Source: Octopus sinensis (lineage: Eukaryota). From it: 64,000 bases of DNA. The position numbers and the translations under genes are program-made. Where the stretch lies: the NCBI RefSeq assembly GCF_006345805.1, contig NC_042998.1, forward strand, positions 96,782,001 to 96,846,000, in the 5' to 3' direction. Shown here one piece after another: positions 62,823 through 64,000 of this stretch (position 1 is its first letter; each line of letters starts with the position of its first letter). The notes under the pieces were generated by a model, which did no database searches, was not told the origin of the DNA, and was given only the letters and a program-made list of their open reading frames with translations.

Positions 62823-63345
62823 TATCTAATTCTTATGCTTTCCTAAGACTTGGGAAGGGACTGGTGACACAAACTTTCATTCAAACTTTGAATTTGGTGA
62901 TACTAGCTGTGGCTTCTAGCTCGCTCTGATACTGAATTGAGTTGGTGCCTTCTAGTATCTCAAAATTCAATATACAATCATTCATGATTGTTTGTATCCT
63001 GCGCTGATGAGAGAAGAAGTATGGGTAAAGTAGAATTATCTAATTCTTATGCTTTCCTAAGACTTGATCTCGAAACGTACGTCCGTAGGTGACTTAAAAC
63101 TGTATGATAGATTGCCGTTAATTCATTCTCTCTTACCTGTTTGTGTTTGCCTTTCAAATGCTGTGTTTTTGCTGAGATCTCCCTTTTAGTAGAAGAAATA
63201 GCTATAATCTCTTTGACTGCTATTTCTAAATTCGGTGTGCGGTAAGGCAATTCGTTGCTAAACCCTTAATTGCTTAGTATTACTTAAATTTTCCTCGAAT
63301 GAGGCTTTTACATGCCGAAGACTACTTGGTGTAATTGATAATTAT
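62823..63345 (+). mobile_element. Penelope-like terminal repeat remnant carrying the canonical hammerhead
   Basis: Hammerhead 62998-63089, 30-bp direct repeat 62823-62852 / 63037-63066, CpGs retained. Confidence 0.6.
62998..63089 (+). ncRNA. Type I minimal hammerhead ribozyme (Penelope-type), canonical core
   Basis: Stem I CCUGCG/CGUAGG, core CUGAUGA, stem II GAGA/UCUC with 53-nt loop, GAAA, palindromic stem III ACGUACGU, cleavage triplet GUC (after 63083). Confidence 0.85.
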
Positions 63346-64000
63346 TCCAAATTAATTAATTTCACCCTTCATTGTTACTGATATATATATATATATATTA
63401 TATATATATATATATATAATATATATATATATATTGCCAGAGCAGCTAACTGGCTTCCGTGCCACATAAGAATCACCATTCAAGCGTGATCGCTACCAGC
63501 ATCACCTTACTGGCACTTGTGCCGGTAGCATGTGAAGAAAACATTCAAGTGTGATCATTGCCAGTGCTGCTGGACTGGCTCCTGTACAGGTGGCATGTAA
63601 AGAACACCATCTGACCGTGGCCATTGCCAGTGGCACATAAAAGCACCCACTACACTCTCGGAGTGGTTGGCTTTAGGAAGGGCATCCAACTGTAGAAACA
63701 CTGCCAGATTAAGATTGGAGCCTGGTGCAGTCATCTGGTTCGCCAGTCCTCAGTCAAATCGTTCAACCCATGCTAGCATGGAAAGCGGATGTTAAATGAT
63801 GATGATGATATACTGCAGAGAGAGCAAGGCAGATAAGCAGAAGTAGGTTTGAGACATATTTACATAACGTATAAAATACAGATTACAGAATAAAAAAAGA
63901 AAACAAAACAGAACAGAAGAATTATTTGAAGTATTATCTTGACAGCTATATTTCAAGTCAGCCATAACTTACATAATAGCCACATTTTATGCAAAATATG

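Noticed and set aside
63137-63330. CpG-rich segment with a strong minus-strand donor (CAG|GTAAGA) as possible first exon or promoter of the TRPA gene
   Set aside because: The frame needed to join exon A has a TGA five codons upstream and no AUG. The CpG content is explained by a young Penelope-type terminus. It cannot be excluded as a UTR exon without RNA data.
1-64000. CRISPR arrays, standalone tRNA or rRNA genes
   Set aside because: No repeat-spacer arrays or rRNA seen; the tRNA-like segments are SINE heads that continue into SINE bodies.

Overview
Eukaryotic, AT-rich, repeat-dense genomic window. The SINE/RTE/microsatellite make-up resembles an octopus or other cephalopod genome; this is inference and the species is not identified. 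It holds most of one long gene on the minus strand, a TRPA1-like ankyrin-repeat TRP channel. I reconstructed 23 coding exons by hand between 57383 and 1430 (3178 nt, about 1059 codons). All introns are GT-AG, all phases are compatible and there are no in-frame stops. The protein has about 17 ankyrin repeats, a linker, six TM segments with the pore motif MMIGELEF, and the TRP-like helix [23 protein letters not shown]. The start-codon exon and the terminal coiled-coil exon(s) were not found; they probably lie outside the window or in the 100-N gap. The introns are packed with tRNA-derived SINEs, RTE/L1/CR1 LINE remnants, mariner/maT/pogo-type DNA transposon remnants, two inverted Helitron copies, fold-back elements and microsatellites. 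Most notable: several Penelope-type hammerhead ribozyme motifs (one canonical at 62998-63089, one in sense orientation inside an intron at 46397-46447), a candidate 60-nt in-frame cassette exon for the S3-S4 loop (11252-11311), loss of two of the three canonical TRPA1 electrophile-sensing cysteines, and many large intronic inverted repeats.
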